DNA of 64,000 bases. It comes from an uncultured Collinsella sp. GTDB lineage: Bacteria; Actinomycetota; Coriobacteriia; Coriobacteriales; Coriobacteriaceae. The notes under the pieces were generated by a model. That model had not been told where the DNA came from and searched no databases. It worked only from the letters and a program-made list of their open reading frames with translations. Numbering within the stretch: the stretch's first letter is position 1; every line of letters starts with the position of its first letter. The DNA lies in NCBI GenBank assembly GCA_902406155.1, contig CABPCW010000001.1, positions 8,272 to 72,271 on the forward strand, in the 5' to 3' direction. The translations under genes were made by a program, and so were the position numbers. Below are positions 39,359 through 50,000 of the stretch, in pieces.

Positions 39359-40147
39359 CTAGAAAAGGCGCTCAGTCTGCAGAAAGTTTCCGCAAAAGCT
39401 CACGCGGTGCAGTGGACAAAGTCCATGTTTGCGAATGGCCTCGATATGCTCGGGGCTTGCATAGCCCTTCGACTCGGCCAGATGGTACTCGGGATACTCG
39501 GCGTCGTACTCGACCATCATCTCGTCACGCGTGACCTTGGCCATGATGGACGCCGCGGCGATGCAGGCGATTTTGGCATCGCCCTTCACCACATCGCGCT
39601 CGTTAGGAACGGCGCCCAAGGGGTTGCCATCCATGAGGACGCAGTCGGGTTCAAGTCCCGTATCGGCCACGGCGCCCGCAACGGCAGTACGGATAGCACG
39701 GGCCATGCCCATCTCATCGATATCCTTCGGCGCGATATGGCAAAAGCCGATGGCAGTCGCCACCTCGGCTATCTTCACCGAGAGCAACTCGCGGCGCGCG
39801 GGCGTGAGCTTTTTGGAATCGTTGATACCCCAGACGCGCGGCTCCATAGGAAGACAGACGGCGCATACCGTCAAAGGGCCGGCCACCGATCCGCGACCTA
39901 CCTCGTCGACACCAACGACCACCCCATCGCCGCCAAGCTCATGCATAAGCTCGTACATGTCATTGACGCGCTCGCGCTCGGCAAGTTCCTTGGCATGGCG
40001 CTTAAGAGCACGCTCGCAAGCCTTGATCACCTGCTGGCGCGGGTCCTCGCGATAATGCTCCACGAGGGCGGGAATCTCCTCGAACGTGGCGCTCGCCAGC
40101 TCGCCGGCAACCTGCGATGCCGAAACCGAGCTCGTCATGTTGGCCAT
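39359..40147 (-). CDS. rnhB: Ribonuclease HII
   Basis: GVDEVGRG, DSKKL, MDG, KGD, AAASIMAKVTRD, KGY, HRVSF. Confidence 0.96.
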   Translation of the reverse strand: MANMTSSVSASQVAGELASATFEEIPALVEHYREDPRQQVIKACERALKRHAKELAERERVNDMYELMHELGGDGVVVGVDEVGRGSVAGPLTVCAVCLPMEPRVWGINDSKKLTPARRELLSVKIAEVATAIGFCHIAPKDIDEMGMARAIRTAVAGAVADTGLEPDCVLMDGNPLGAVPNERDVVKGDAKIACIAAASIMAKVTRDEMMVEYDAEYPEYHLAESKGYASPEHIEAIRKHGLCPLHRVSFCGNFLQTERLF

Positions 40148-40176
40148 ACCAGACCCTCCTTGCATGCAAATCAGAT

Positions 40177-40205
40177 AAAAAGAAGGGCCACCCGAAGGTG
40201 ACCCT
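40177..40205 (-). terminator. Intrinsic terminator of rplS
   Basis: agggtcacc-UUCG-ggtggccct hairpin plus tcttttt. Confidence 0.8.
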
Positions 40206-40240
40206 CGTGTCCAAACGAGTGGACAGACGCTGCGATCTTC

Positions 40241-40582
40241 TTAGCGCTTCTCGGGGATGCGAGCAGCCTTGCCCACCTTGTCGCGGAGGTAGTACAGCTT
40301 GGCGCGACGGACGCGACCATGGCGAACGACCTCGAGCTTGGCGATCTTGGGGCTGTGAAGCGGGAAGGTACGCTCAACACCGACACCGAAGGACATCTTG
40401 CGGACGGTGAAGGTCTCGCGGGCACCGGCGCCGGCCATGCGGATGACGTCGCCCTGGAAAACCTGGATGCGCTCGCGGTCGCCTTCCTTAATGCGGTAGT
40501 GAACCTTGACGTTGTCGGCGACGCGAACCTGAGGAATGTCCTCGCGGATCTGCTGACGCTCGATTGCGCGGATGTAATCCAT
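40241..40582 (-). CDS. rplS: 50S ribosomal protein L19
   Basis: [40 protein letters not shown]. Confidence 0.97.
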   Translation of the reverse strand: MDYIRAIERQQIREDIPQVRVADNVKVHYRIKEGDRERIQVFQGDVIRMAGAGARETFTVRKMSFGVGVERTFPLHSPKIAKLEVVRHGRVRRAKLYYLRDKVGKAARIPEKR

Positions 40583-40793
40583 GTGCAATTCCTTACTCTT
40601 CTAGAGGTGCCGTACCACCTTGGCCGGCACGTAGTTGAACAAACGTATTCGAGTATACACGCGCGGGTTTCTGCTGCAAGAACAATTTTTTGCGCAGACA
40701 AAAAGACAAAACCCGCACATGATAACCGCCCGCTTCACGAATGAGACGGGCGGTATGAAGGGGGGGCTACGCTAGGCGTCTAAACGCTAAACG

Positions 40794-43544
40794 CTAGGCG
40801 GAACGCTTGGCCTCGAGCTTGGCCTGGGCGGCAGCTAGGCGCGCGAGGGGCACGCGGTAGGGCGAGCAGGACACATAGTCCACGTCGGCCACGTTAAACA
40901 GGCCCTTGATGGACTTGGGGTCGCCGCCGTGTTCGCCGCACACGCCAAAGTGCATGTCGGGATTGGTGGCGCGGCCCTTCTCGACGGCCAAGCGCACGAG
41001 CTCCAGCACCGCCGTGTCGATGGTCTCGAAGGGGTTGTCCTTCAGGATCTTCTTGTGCAGGTACAGCGGAATGAACTTGGCCTCGGCATCGTCGCGGGAG
41101 AAGCCGAAGGTCGTCTGGGTGAGGTCGTTGGTGCCAAAGCAGAAGAAGTCGGCATGATGGGCGATCTCGTCAGCGACCATGCAGGCACGCGGCAGCTCGA
41201 GCATCGTGCCCACGGGAATATTGAGCTCGACGCCTTCCTCGGCGGAAACCTCGGCGATCACGCGCTCGATAACCTCGCGGGTCTGGACATGCTCGGCCGT
41301 GATGGAAACGAGCGGAACCATGATCTCGGGGCGCGGGTCGACACCCTCCTTGATAAGGCGGGCAGCAGCCGTGGCGACGGCGCGAACCTGCATGAGCGGC
41401 AGATCGCCAAAGACGACGGACAGGCGCACGCCGCGCAAGCCCAGCATGGGGTTGGACTCGACCATGCCGTCAATGCGACGCAGGCGGGCGCGCAGGGCAG
41501 TGAGCTCCTCCTCGGGAGCGCCGGCGGCCTCCTTCTTGGTGATGGCGACCTCGAGCTCGCGAGGATTATCCAGGAACTCATGAAGCGGCGGATCGAGCAG
41601 GCGGACGACCACATCGCGACCGGACATGGTCTTGAACATCGCCAGGAAGTCCTCGGTCTGAACCTTGAGCAGGTCGGCCAGGGCCTGCTGCTTCACGGCC
41701 TCATCGTCAGACAGGATAAAGCTCTGGATGATGTTCTTGCGATCGCCCAGGAACATGTGCTCGGTGCGGCACAGACCGATGGCCTCGGCGCCAAACTCGA
41801 GCGCGAGCTCGGCATCCTCGGGATTGTCGGCGTTGACGCGCACGTGGTTGGCGTGACCGTCGGTCTCGTCCAAACGGATCTCATCGGCCCAAGACAGGAT
41901 GGTGTCCAGGTCGCCGGTGAGCTCTGCAGAGACCAGGTCGACCGCGCCGTCGACGACGATACCCTGGGTGCCGTCGATGGAGATGACATCGCCCTCGCGC
42001 AGCACGCGGTCGCTGCCCTCGATGCGCACGACCTTCTCTGCCGCGTCAATGTGGAAGCGCTCAACGCCGCAAACGCAGGGCGTACCCATGCCGCGGGCGA
42101 TAACGGCGGCATGGCTCGTCTTGCCACCGTGGCTGGTCAGGATGCCCTCGGCGGCGACCATGCCCTTCAGGTCGTCGGGGTTGGTCTCCCAACGAACCAG
42201 AATGACCTTGTGACCCTCGGCGGAACGCGCGACGGCGTCATCACTCGAGAACACGACCTCGCCCACGGCGGCACCGGGGCTGGCGTTAAGGCCGCTGGCC
42301 AGGGCCTCGTACTTCTTGGAGGAGTCGAACTGCGGGTGCAGGAGCTGATCGAGCTGCGCGGGATCGATGCGGCTCACGGCCTCCTCGCGGGTGATGAGGC
42401 CCTCCTCGACCATCTCGATAGCGATGCGCAGCGCGGCGGTAGCGGTGCGCTTGCCCACGCGGGTCTGAAGCATCCAAAGTTTACCCTGCTCGATGGTGAA
42501 TTCGATATCGCACATATCGCGGTAATGATCCTCGAGCGTCAGGAACACGCGCTCGAGCTCCTCACCAGCGGACTCGAGGCCCGGGGTGGTCTTGAGGTCG
42601 GCGATGGGCTCAGTGTTGCGGATGCCGGCGACGACGTCCTCGCCCTGGGCATTCACCAAAAAGTCGCCATAGAACTCCTTGGTGCCGTCGGCCGGGTTGC
42701 GCGTAAAGGCGACGCCGGTCGCAGAGGTCTCGCCCTTGTTGCCAAAGGCCATGGCCTGGACGTTGACGGCGGTACCGAGCTCGTCAGAGATGCCGTGCTG
42801 TTTGCGGTAAATGCAGGCACGCTCGTTCATCCAGCTGCCAAAGACGGCCTGGATGGCAAGGCGCAACTGGAGCTCCGGATCATGCGGGAAGACGGGCTTG
42901 CCGTCGGCAACCTCAAGCTCGGGATACAGGGTCGCCTCGACGTTCTCGGAGAAGATGCCCTTAAAGGTCTCGACGAGCTCCTGCAGGTCCTCGGCCGAAA
43001 GCTCGGAATCGACACGAACGCCGGCGACCAGGCGGGCCTGGGTCAGAGCGTTCTCGAATAGGTCGGCGTCGACGCCCATGACGACGTTGGAGAACATCTG
43101 GATAAAGCGACGGTAGCTGTCCCAGGCAAAGCGCGGGTTCTGCGTCTGCGCGATAAGGCCCTGGACGGAATCGTCGTTGAGGCCCAGGTTGAGGACCGTG
43201 TCCATCATGCCAGGCATGGAGAACGGAGCGCCCGAGCGAACCGACACGAGCAGCGGATCGGAGGCATCGCCGAGTTTCTTGCCGCAACGGGCCTCGAGGT
43301 CCGCCTCGGCGGCAACGATCTCATCGAGTGCGCCTTCGGGCCAGACGTTGCCGGCACCGGAGTACTCGACACAGGTCTGGCAGGTAATGGTAAAGCCACC
43401 GGGAACCGGCAGACCGATGCGGCTCATCTCGGCAAGGTTTGCGCCTTTGCCGCCAAGCACGAAGTTCATGGATTTGTCGCCCTCAGTGACACAGGTGCCC
43501 TGGGCGTCGGTTCCAAAACGGTAAACCCTCTTGCAATCGCTCAC
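40794..43544 (-). CDS. ppdK: Pyruvate, phosphate dikinase
   Basis: LGGKGANLAEM, SMPGMMDT, AQGEDVVAG, GGKTSHAA, GLCRTEHM, GTNDLTQ, CGEHGG. Confidence 0.97.
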   Translation of the reverse strand: MSDCKRVYRFGTDAQGTCVTEGDKSMNFVLGGKGANLAEMSRIGLPVPGGFTITCQTCVEYSGAGNVWPEGALDEIVAAEADLEARCGKKLGDASDPLLVSVRSGAPFSMPGMMDTVLNLGLNDDSVQGLIAQTQNPRFAWDSYRRFIQMFSNVVMGVDADLFENALTQARLVAGVRVDSELSAEDLQELVETFKGIFSENVEATLYPELEVADGKPVFPHDPELQLRLAIQAVFGSWMNERACIYRKQHGISDELGTAVNVQAMAFGNKGETSATGVAFTRNPADGTKEFYGDFLVNAQGEDVVAGIRNTEPIADLKTTPGLESAGEELERVFLTLEDHYRDMCDIEFTIEQGKLWMLQTRVGKRTATAALRIAIEMVEEGLITREEAVSRIDPAQLDQLLHPQFDSSKKYEALASGLNASPGAAVGEVVFSSDDAVARSAEGHKVILVRWETNPDDLKGMVAAEGILTSHGGKTSHAAVIARGMGTPCVCGVERFHIDAAEKVVRIEGSDRVLREGDVISIDGTQGIVVDGAVDLVSAELTGDLDTILSWADEIRLDETDGHANHVRVNADNPEDAELALEFGAEAIGLCRTEHMFLGDRKNIIQSFILSDDEAVKQQALADLLKVQTEDFLAMFKTMSGRDVVVRLLDPPLHEFLDNPRELEVAITKKEAAGAPEEELTALRARLRRIDGMVESNPMLGLRGVRLSVVFGDLPLMQVRAVATAAARLIKEGVDPRPEIMVPLVSITAEHVQTREVIERVIAEVSAEEGVELNIPVGTMLELPRACMVADEIAHHADFFCFGTNDLTQTTFGFSRDDAEAKFIPLYLHKKILKDNPFETIDTAVLELVRLAVEKGRATNPDMHFGVCGEHGGDPKSIKGLFNVADVDYVSCSPYRVPLARLAAAQAKLEAKRSA

Positions 43545-43876
43545 GATACTTCCCCTTCCATGCGCTTACGCGCACGACCGTGGTAACGAATCGACCCGCC
43601 GGATGCGGGCCGTGAGGGAACTATACGGCGGGTTTTGGACAGGCTTGAGCAGAGGGTGCGCGGTTTGGTAAACGTGCTAAAACCGGCGGTAAACGGTAGG
43701 TAAAGGTGGCTACCTTATGAAGATACCACTACAAGGAAAGTGCAGGTCGGATGCGATGTATTTGCTAAATCGCTTTACCATTTATCAGCATTATTTCCAA
43801 GTATTCTCTTTGGTTAGCTAAAAGAGCCCCGTCCCAAATTAGCTACCCAAACAACCTTGTCCCAAGTGAGCTACTT

Positions 43877-44746
43877 TTATTGAGCGCGGCGGGCGGCACG
43901 GCGGGCTCTTGCCTCTTGAATCTCTTCGAGGTGAGCAATGATCTCGGCAGCGCTTTCCTCGATGGCTTTGCCGTCGGTACGCACAACAAAGCAGCCTAAG
44001 CGCTTCATGAGGGCACGAGCTTCCTCAAGCTCGCTGCGCACGCTCTCAGGCTCGGCATAGGAGCCGGCAACGGCACGGGCGTAGTCATCGCCCAAGCGGC
44101 TATCGCGAATCTCAGAAATAACGTCGACGGTCGAAATCAGGCCGAACAGGTGCATCGGGTCAACCTCGTAAATCGACTTGGGCGGCTCCATGCCATGCGC
44201 CAGTGGGACACTGGCGACCTTGTAGCCCTGATAGGCTAAATACATCGACAGCGGCGTCTTGGATGTACGCGACACACCCAGCAGCACGATATCGGCACCC
44301 GACAGATCGTCGCAACCACGACCGTCATCGTGCTCAACGAAATACTCCATGGCCTCGATACGATGGAAATAGCGGTCATCGGTCTTGTGAATCACGCCCG
44401 CAACGCACTTGGGCGGCACACCGATGAGCGACGACAGCACGGCAAGCGTCGGGCCGATCAGGTCGACCGAACGGATATGCAGCATACCCAGGTAATCGAG
44501 CACGCGGGCGCGAAGCGCCGGATCGACAATGGTATGGAACACGGCGACATCGCGATGGTCGGCATCGACGCGCGGCCCCACAAATGACTTGACCTGCTCC
44601 ACGGAGGTCACCTTGGGCAGGCGCAAAACGCGAAAAGCCCCTTCATCAAATTGCCCGGACGCCGCAAGCACCACCTCACAAGCGGTATCGCCGAGCGAGT
44701 CGGAGATAACGATAACGGTGGGACGAGCGGTGACCGGGCAATCCAT
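43877..44746 (-). CDS. PPDK regulatory kinase/pyrophosphorylase (DUF299, PDRP/YqfL-like)
   Basis: ISDSLGDT, YFHRIEAMEY..HDDG, GVSRTSKTPLSMYLA, AIEESA. Confidence 0.92.
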   Translation of the reverse strand: MDCPVTARPTVIVISDSLGDTACEVVLAASGQFDEGAFRVLRLPKVTSVEQVKSFVGPRVDADHRDVAVFHTIVDPALRARVLDYLGMLHIRSVDLIGPTLAVLSSLIGVPPKCVAGVIHKTDDRYFHRIEAMEYFVEHDDGRGCDDLSGADIVLLGVSRTSKTPLSMYLAYQGYKVASVPLAHGMEPPKSIYEVDPMHLFGLISTVDVISEIRDSRLGDDYARAVAGSYAEPESVRSELEEARALMKRLGCFVVRTDGKAIEESAAEIIAHLEEIQEARARRAARRAQ

Positions 44747-44780
44747 GCGGGGCTCCTTTTGCGCTTATGCGCAGGCTGGC

Positions 44781-46877
44781 TTACTTTTTGCGGGCAAGCT
44801 CACCGATGTTGGCAATGCCGGAGAAAACGGCCTCGAAGCGGTTGAGCAGCTTAAGGCGATTATCGCGAAGCTGCTCGTCCTTGTCCATGACCATGACCTC
44901 ATCGAAGAAACGGTCGATGGGCGCGCGCAGGGCGGCGAGGGCGGCAAATGCGGCCGGGTAGTCCTCGGCAGCAAGGGCGGCATCGACGGCGGTCTGAGCA
45001 GCCTCGGAGGCGTCGGCGAGCGCAAGCTCGACCTCGCCCATCAGGCTGCGGTCATACTCCGCACCCAGCTCGGGCTTGGAGATATGCGCGGCGCGGGCAT
45101 AGGCGGTCGCCAGGTTGTCGAACGTCTCAGCGTCGTTTTTGCGGGCCTCGTCGAGGGCGGCGCAGCGGGCGAAGAAGACGGACGGGGCGATGATATGCAC
45201 CGCGGAGACGGCGGCGACGGTATCGGCCGGAATCTTTTCGTCGCGGGCCATGCTCACCAGGCGGCCATGGAAGAAGTCACGAACCTGCTGGGCGACCTCG
45301 GCGGCGTCGAACTCAATGCCCTGCTCACTGTAGAGTTCGAGGGCAAAGTCGATGAGCGACGTGGGGTCGATCGGCAGACGGTCGCGCAGGATGTTGATAA
45401 TGCCGATAGCGGCACGACGCAGCGCGTAGGGGTCGGAGGAGCCGGTCGGGGGCTCGCCGATGGCAAAGATACCGGCGATGGTATCGAGCTTGTCGGCGCA
45501 GGCCACGATGCAGCCAGCGGTGCCCTCGGGCAGCTCGTCACCGGCAAAACGGGGACGATAGTGATCGCGAATAGCATGGGCGACCTCGTCGTTCTCCCCC
45601 ATCGCGGTCGCGTAATAACCGCCCATCACGCCCTGCTGGCTCGTGAACTCGACGACGGCGTTGGACACCAGGTCTGCCTTGCACAGGTGTGCGGCGCGAG
45701 CAGCGTCGGCGGCAAGATGGGCGCCCAGGTGAGCCTCGCGGGCGATAGCGAGCGCGAGCTGCTCGATGCGCTCGGACTTGGCGAGCACGCTACCGAGCTT
45801 CTCCTGGAAGGCAACCTTGGACAGACGCTCACGGAACTCGTCGAGGGAGATCTTCAGGTCCTCCTCGTAGAAGAACTTAGCGTCGTCCAGACGGGCGCGC
45901 ACGACGCGCTCGTTACCGTCGATCACTCGCTCGGCGTTCTCGGGCTTGCTGTTGGAGACGACCACGAACTCACGCGTCAGCTTGCCCTCGCCGTCATAGA
46001 TCGGGAAGTAGCGCTGGTTGGTGAGCATGGACTCGCAGATAATCTCGTGCGGGACCTTGAGGAACTCCTCGTCGAAGGTACCGACGAGCACCGTCGGCCA
46101 CTCGCAGAGGTTGATGACCTCCTCAAAGACCTTCTTGGGCGTATCGACATGGCAGCCGGGGCGAGCAGCCTCGACCTCGGCGATACCGGCGAGGATAGCC
46201 TTGCGACGGCGCTCGGCAGAAAGCACGCCGGCGTCCTCGAGCACCTGCTCGTAGACGGCGGGGCTGGCAACAACGTGGTCACCGGGACCAAGTACGCGAT
46301 GACCGCGCGTGGTGTTGCCGCTCGTCACGTCGGCAAACGACACGGGCACGACGTCCTCGCCCAAAAGGCAGCAGATCCAGCGGACCGGACGCACGAACGT
46401 GGCATGCTCGTGGCCCCAGCGCTGACTACGGTAGTTGGGCCACTGCAGGCCGGCGATGGTCTTCTCGCACAGGGCCGTCAGGATCGGGGTGGCCGGGGCG
46501 GAAGGAATGTTCTTCTCGGCAAAGACGTACTCACGGCCGTCGGTGTCCTCGCGACGGACCAGATCCTCGGCAGCCACACCGCACTTGCGGGCGAAGCCCT
46601 GGGCGGCCTTGGTGGCGTTACCGTCAGCATCGAAGGCGATGTTTGCCGCAGGGCCACGCTTGACCTCGTGAACCTCATCGGTCGCGGTGGCGACGTCGGC
46701 AACAAGCGCAGCCAGGCGACGCGGGCTCGAGATCACGCGGACCTCGCCGTGGGCCAGACCGGCCTCGTCGAGACCCTTGGCGATCATGGTGCCAAGCTGC
46801 TTGACGGCATTGTTCAGCGGTGCAGAGGGCATTTCCTCCGTACCGATCTCAAACAGGAAATCCTTAGCGTCTGCCAT
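44781..46877 (-). CDS. glyS: Glycine--tRNA ligase beta subunit
   Basis: FEIGTEEMP, SPRRLA, FVRPVRW, GNERVVRARLDDA, GSSDPYALRR, NRLKLL. Confidence 0.96.
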   Translation of the reverse strand: MADAKDFLFEIGTEEMPSAPLNNAVKQLGTMIAKGLDEAGLAHGEVRVISSPRRLAALVADVATATDEVHEVKRGPAANIAFDADGNATKAAQGFARKCGVAAEDLVRREDTDGREYVFAEKNIPSAPATPILTALCEKTIAGLQWPNYRSQRWGHEHATFVRPVRWICCLLGEDVVPVSFADVTSGNTTRGHRVLGPGDHVVASPAVYEQVLEDAGVLSAERRRKAILAGIAEVEAARPGCHVDTPKKVFEEVINLCEWPTVLVGTFDEEFLKVPHEIICESMLTNQRYFPIYDGEGKLTREFVVVSNSKPENAERVIDGNERVVRARLDDAKFFYEEDLKISLDEFRERLSKVAFQEKLGSVLAKSERIEQLALAIAREAHLGAHLAADAARAAHLCKADLVSNAVVEFTSQQGVMGGYYATAMGENDEVAHAIRDHYRPRFAGDELPEGTAGCIVACADKLDTIAGIFAIGEPPTGSSDPYALRRAAIGIINILRDRLPIDPTSLIDFALELYSEQGIEFDAAEVAQQVRDFFHGRLVSMARDEKIPADTVAAVSAVHIIAPSVFFARCAALDEARKNDAETFDNLATAYARAAHISKPELGAEYDRSLMGEVELALADASEAAQTAVDAALAAEDYPAAFAALAALRAPIDRFFDEVMVMDKDEQLRDNRLKLLNRFEAVFSGIANIGELARKK

Positions 46878-46880
46878 GGC

Positions 46881-47792
46881 TTACGCCACCTCGCCTTCCT
46901 GGTCGGCATTCTCGTTGACTCCGGCGACCTCGGCCATGTAGGCCTCGCAGCACGCCTTGGCGACGGCGCGGACGCGCAGGATGTAGTTGGCACGCTCGAC
47001 CGCGGACAGGGCGCCGCGGGCATCGAGCAGGTTGAAGGCATGGCTGCACTTCATGACGCAGTCGTACGCCGGCAGCGGCAGTTTGCGCTCCAGGCAGGAG
47101 TGGCACTCGGCCTCGTAGTCGTCAAACTTCTGACGCATCATCTCGACGTTGGCGACCTCAAAGTTGTAAGCGCTGAACTCGCGCTCGTTCTCGAGGAACA
47201 CGTCGCCATAGGTCATGGGCGTGCCGTCGGGCAGGTAGCTCCACACCAGGTCATAGACCGAGTTGACGCCCTGCGCGTACATGGCGATACGCTCCAGGCC
47301 ATAGGTGATCTCGACGGGCACGGGGTCGACCTCGATGCCGCCCACCTGCTGGAAGTACGTAAACTGCGTGACCTCCATGCCATTGAGCCAGACCTCCCAG
47401 CCAAGGCCCCAGGCGCCGAGCGTCGGACTCTCCCAGTCGTCCTCGACAAAGCGGACGTCATGGTCGTTGGGGTCCAGGCCAATGGCGGCCAGCGAACCCA
47501 GGTAGAGCTCCTGGGCGTTGACCGGCGAGGGTTTGATGAGCACCTGGAACTGATAGTAGTGCTGCATGCGGTTGGGGTTCTCGCCGTAGCGGCCGTCGGC
47601 GGGACGGCGGCAGGGCTGCGCATAGCAGGTGCGCCACTCGGCGGGACCGAGCGAGCGCAGCGTGGTCGCGGTATGGAAGGTACCGGCACCGACCTCGGAG
47701 TCATAGGGCTGCATAATGACGCAGCCCTGCTCGCCCCAGTACTGCTGGAGGCGCAGGATGATGTCTTGGAAGGAAAGCGATGAAGCGTTCAT
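46881..47792 (-). CDS. glyQ: Glycine--tRNA ligase alpha subunit
   Basis: [38 protein letters not shown]. Confidence 0.97.
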   Translation of the reverse strand: MNASSLSFQDIILRLQQYWGEQGCVIMQPYDSEVGAGTFHTATTLRSLGPAEWRTCYAQPCRRPADGRYGENPNRMQHYYQFQVLIKPSPVNAQELYLGSLAAIGLDPNDHDVRFVEDDWESPTLGAWGLGWEVWLNGMEVTQFTYFQQVGGIEVDPVPVEITYGLERIAMYAQGVNSVYDLVWSYLPDGTPMTYGDVFLENEREFSAYNFEVANVEMMRQKFDDYEAECHSCLERKLPLPAYDCVMKCSHAFNLLDARGALSAVERANYILRVRAVAKACCEAYMAEVAGVNENADQEGEVA

Positions 47793-47851
47793 GCCTCTAA
47801 TATCCCCTCGTCGAAACGATTAAACGGTTAGGTACTGTACTATAGCGGTTT

Positions 47852-48421
47852 TTAGTCGATAGCGCCGATACGGTTGAACGGCCAGTAACGCACGAGCGCC
47901 ACGGCGATCAAGTCGGAGCGGTCGACCGGGCCAAAGTAGCGGGAGTCAGCAGAGTTCTCGCGGTTGTCGCCCATCACCCACACACAGTCGTCAGGGACGG
48001 TGTAGGGATAACTCACCTGAGCAGCGGGCGCCTGGACGGAAAGCGGCCAGCTCATGCCGGTCGTATAGTCCTCATCGAGCACCTGGCCGTCGACGACGAC
48101 CTTGCCGTCCTGCAGGTCAACCGTCTGGCCGGCCGTGGCGATGACGCGCTTTACCAGCACGTCATGCTCGGACGTGCCATCGGGGTTGTGGAACACCACG
48201 ATATCACCCTGTTTGACGGGCTGCCCGAGCTCGAGCGTCACCTTTTGTGCCAGGATCTGGTCGCCGATCTCGATTGTGGACTCCATGGAACCGGTGGGCA
48301 CCACAAAGGGTTCGACCACAAATGAGCGAATCAAGAAGGTGGCGACCAGCGCGATCACGACGACCACGATCCACTCAAAGGCGCCCCTCAGGGCAGAATG
48401 CTGCGATGGAACCATTCTCAC
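47852..48421 (-). CDS. lepB: Signal peptidase I
   Basis: VPTGSMEST, VKRVIA, MGDNRENSADSRYFG. Confidence 0.94.
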   Translation of the reverse strand: MRMVPSQHSALRGAFEWIVVVVIALVATFLIRSFVVEPFVVPTGSMESTIEIGDQILAQKVTLELGQPVKQGDIVVFHNPDGTSEHDVLVKRVIATAGQTVDLQDGKVVVDGQVLDEDYTTGMSWPLSVQAPAAQVSYPYTVPDDCVWVMGDNRENSADSRYFGPVDRSDLIAVALVRYWPFNRIGAID

Positions 48422-49176
48422 TCCTCGCTCTGCGAATACGAAGCGTCCAGGATCTCCTGCGCGTACGCGCGCTCCTCTACCGTAAGGCGTGCCGTCTCGA
48501 TAAGATCGGGACGCCAGCGACAGGTACGCTCGATAGAGTTTTTGCGACGCCAGGCATCGACCTTGGCGTGGTCGCCGCTTACGAGCACTGGTGGCACGCC
48601 CTCGCCATTGAACTCGGCGGGGCGGGTGTACTGCGCGTACTCGAGCAGGCCACCGTCCTCGGCGGTCGAGAAGGACTCGTCCACGTTGCTCATCTCGTCG
48701 CCCAAGGCTCCGGGGATGAGTCGTACGACGGCATCGGCCACGACCATAGCGGGCAGCTCGCCGCCCGTGAGCACGTAGTCGCCGATCGACAGGCGCTCAT
48801 CAGCATACGCATACGCGCGCTCGTCGACGCCCTCGTAACGGCTGCACACAAACAGCAGGCGCTCGCTTTTGAGCAGGCGCTCGGCCACATGCTGCGTAAA
48901 GGGTTCCCCGCAGGGGGTGAAGAACACCACGGTGGGCTTGGGACCCTCGGAGCTGATGGCCTCGATTGCCTCGGCAATGGGCTCGACCTTCATGAGCATG
49001 CCCTGCCCGCCGCCATACGGCTCGTCATCGACGGTGCGATGGCGGTCGTGCGTCCAGTCGCGCAGGTTATACGCCTTAAAATCAAAAAGGCCGGCCTTGC
49101 GGGCGCGGCCCAAAATCGACGTGGACATGACGGGCTCAAACATCTCGGGAAAGACCGAAAGGGTCTCAATCAGCAT
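48418..49176 (-). CDS. trmD: tRNA (guanine37-N1) methyltransferase
   Basis: VDDEPYGGGQGM, RYEGVDER, SIGDYVLTGGE, YTRP, SGDH. Confidence 0.97.
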   Translation of the reverse strand: MLIETLSVFPEMFEPVMSTSILGRARKAGLFDFKAYNLRDWTHDRHRTVDDEPYGGGQGMLMKVEPIAEAIEAISSEGPKPTVVFFTPCGEPFTQHVAERLLKSERLLFVCSRYEGVDERAYAYADERLSIGDYVLTGGELPAMVVADAVVRLIPGALGDEMSNVDESFSTAEDGGLLEYAQYTRPAEFNGEGVPPVLVSGDHAKVDAWRRKNSIERTCRWRPDLIETARLTVEERAYAQEILDASYSQSEE

Positions 49177-49186
49177 GCCGTCCTCC

Positions 49187-49708
49187 CTACTTGTCCATAT
49201 CGATCAAGCCGTCCATAACGTGGACGGAAATTGTTCCTGTGTCGGGAAGATCGAGCACAACCTGCTCGATCACGGGAATCAGTACCTCGCCGTACCGATT
49301 GCCCTCGACAACCCAAACATCGTTGGCGGGCGTCGACATGATCTCGACAATCGTGCCGAGCGAACCGAAGCGCTCATCGATCACCTCACGACCCATCAGG
49401 TCGGTATAGGCGGCGTCGAGTGAATCGAGCTCAAAATCGTCACGATTTGCCAGCACATAGCATCCCGTGATGCCCTCAGCGGCCGTCAAGTCATCAATGC
49501 CCTCAAACGAGACCAGATCGCCATCGCCCGTATCGGTGACGGACACAACCGTGCAAAAACGGTCGCGCTTGAGTGCCGGCGGCGTCAAGGCGACGCGCAT
49601 ACCCGGCTCCAATACAGAAGGAAGCCCCCGCAGCGGCTGCGCGAGGACCTCCCCCTTCCTTCCGTGCGGTTTGACCACACGGGCGATGTTTTTGTACTGG
49701 GACCTCAA
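49187..49708 (-). CDS. rimM: Ribosome maturation factor RimM
   Basis: KPHGRKGEV, DLMG, ANDVWVV, LIP; synteny. Confidence 0.9.
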   Translation of the reverse strand: MRSQYKNIARVVKPHGRKGEVLAQPLRGLPSVLEPGMRVALTPPALKRDRFCTVVSVTDTGDGDLVSFEGIDDLTAAEGITGCYVLANRDDFELDSLDAAYTDLMGREVIDERFGSLGTIVEIMSTPANDVWVVEGNRYGEVLIPVIEQVVLDLPDTGTISVHVMDGLIDMDK

Positions 49709-49712
49709 GGTC

Positions 49713-49997
49713 CTAGCCCAGAACCTCTACCTCGACAGCGGTGTCGAGGCGAGCGGCCAATGCACGGGCGAGCGTGCGAATGGCCTTGATGGTACGGCCA
49801 CGACGGCCGATGACCTTAGCGACGTCATCCTCGGCAACCGAAACCTCAATCGTGGAGGCGTCGTCACCATCGATGACCTCGAGGCTCACGGAATCCGGGT
49901 CGTCGACGATCTGAACAACGAGATATTCGACGAGATCGGCGATGCGATCTGAGAGCATTGCCTCACCCTCGAGCTGTGCAGCGTCAACCTCAGGCAC
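49713..49997 (-). CDS. khpA: KH-domain RNA-binding protein KhpA
   Basis: IVDDPD, KVIGRRGRTIKAIRT; rpsP-khpA-rimM order. Confidence 0.9.
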   Translation of the reverse strand: MPEVDAAQLEGEAMLSDRIADLVEYLVVQIVDDPDSVSLEVIDGDDASTIEVSVAEDDVAKVIGRRGRTIKAIRTLARALAARLDTAVEVEVLG

Positions 49998-50000
49998 GAT

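Noticed and set aside
40636..40652. SOS-box-like TGAACAAACGTATTCGA upstream of rplS
   Set aside because: Wrong spacing and too many mismatches; overlaps an ordinary promoter and TSS region
43814..43874. Mini CRISPR array
   Set aside because: Repeats are too short and degenerate, spacers are about 12 nt, and no cas genes are present
44529..47783. 1084-aa plus-strand ORF
   Set aside because: Antisense shadow of glyQS; high-GC codon bias keeps the reverse frame open and there are no recognisable motifs
47793..47851. T-box riboswitch before glyQ
   Set aside because: Intergenic is only 59 nt and lacks the T-box motif
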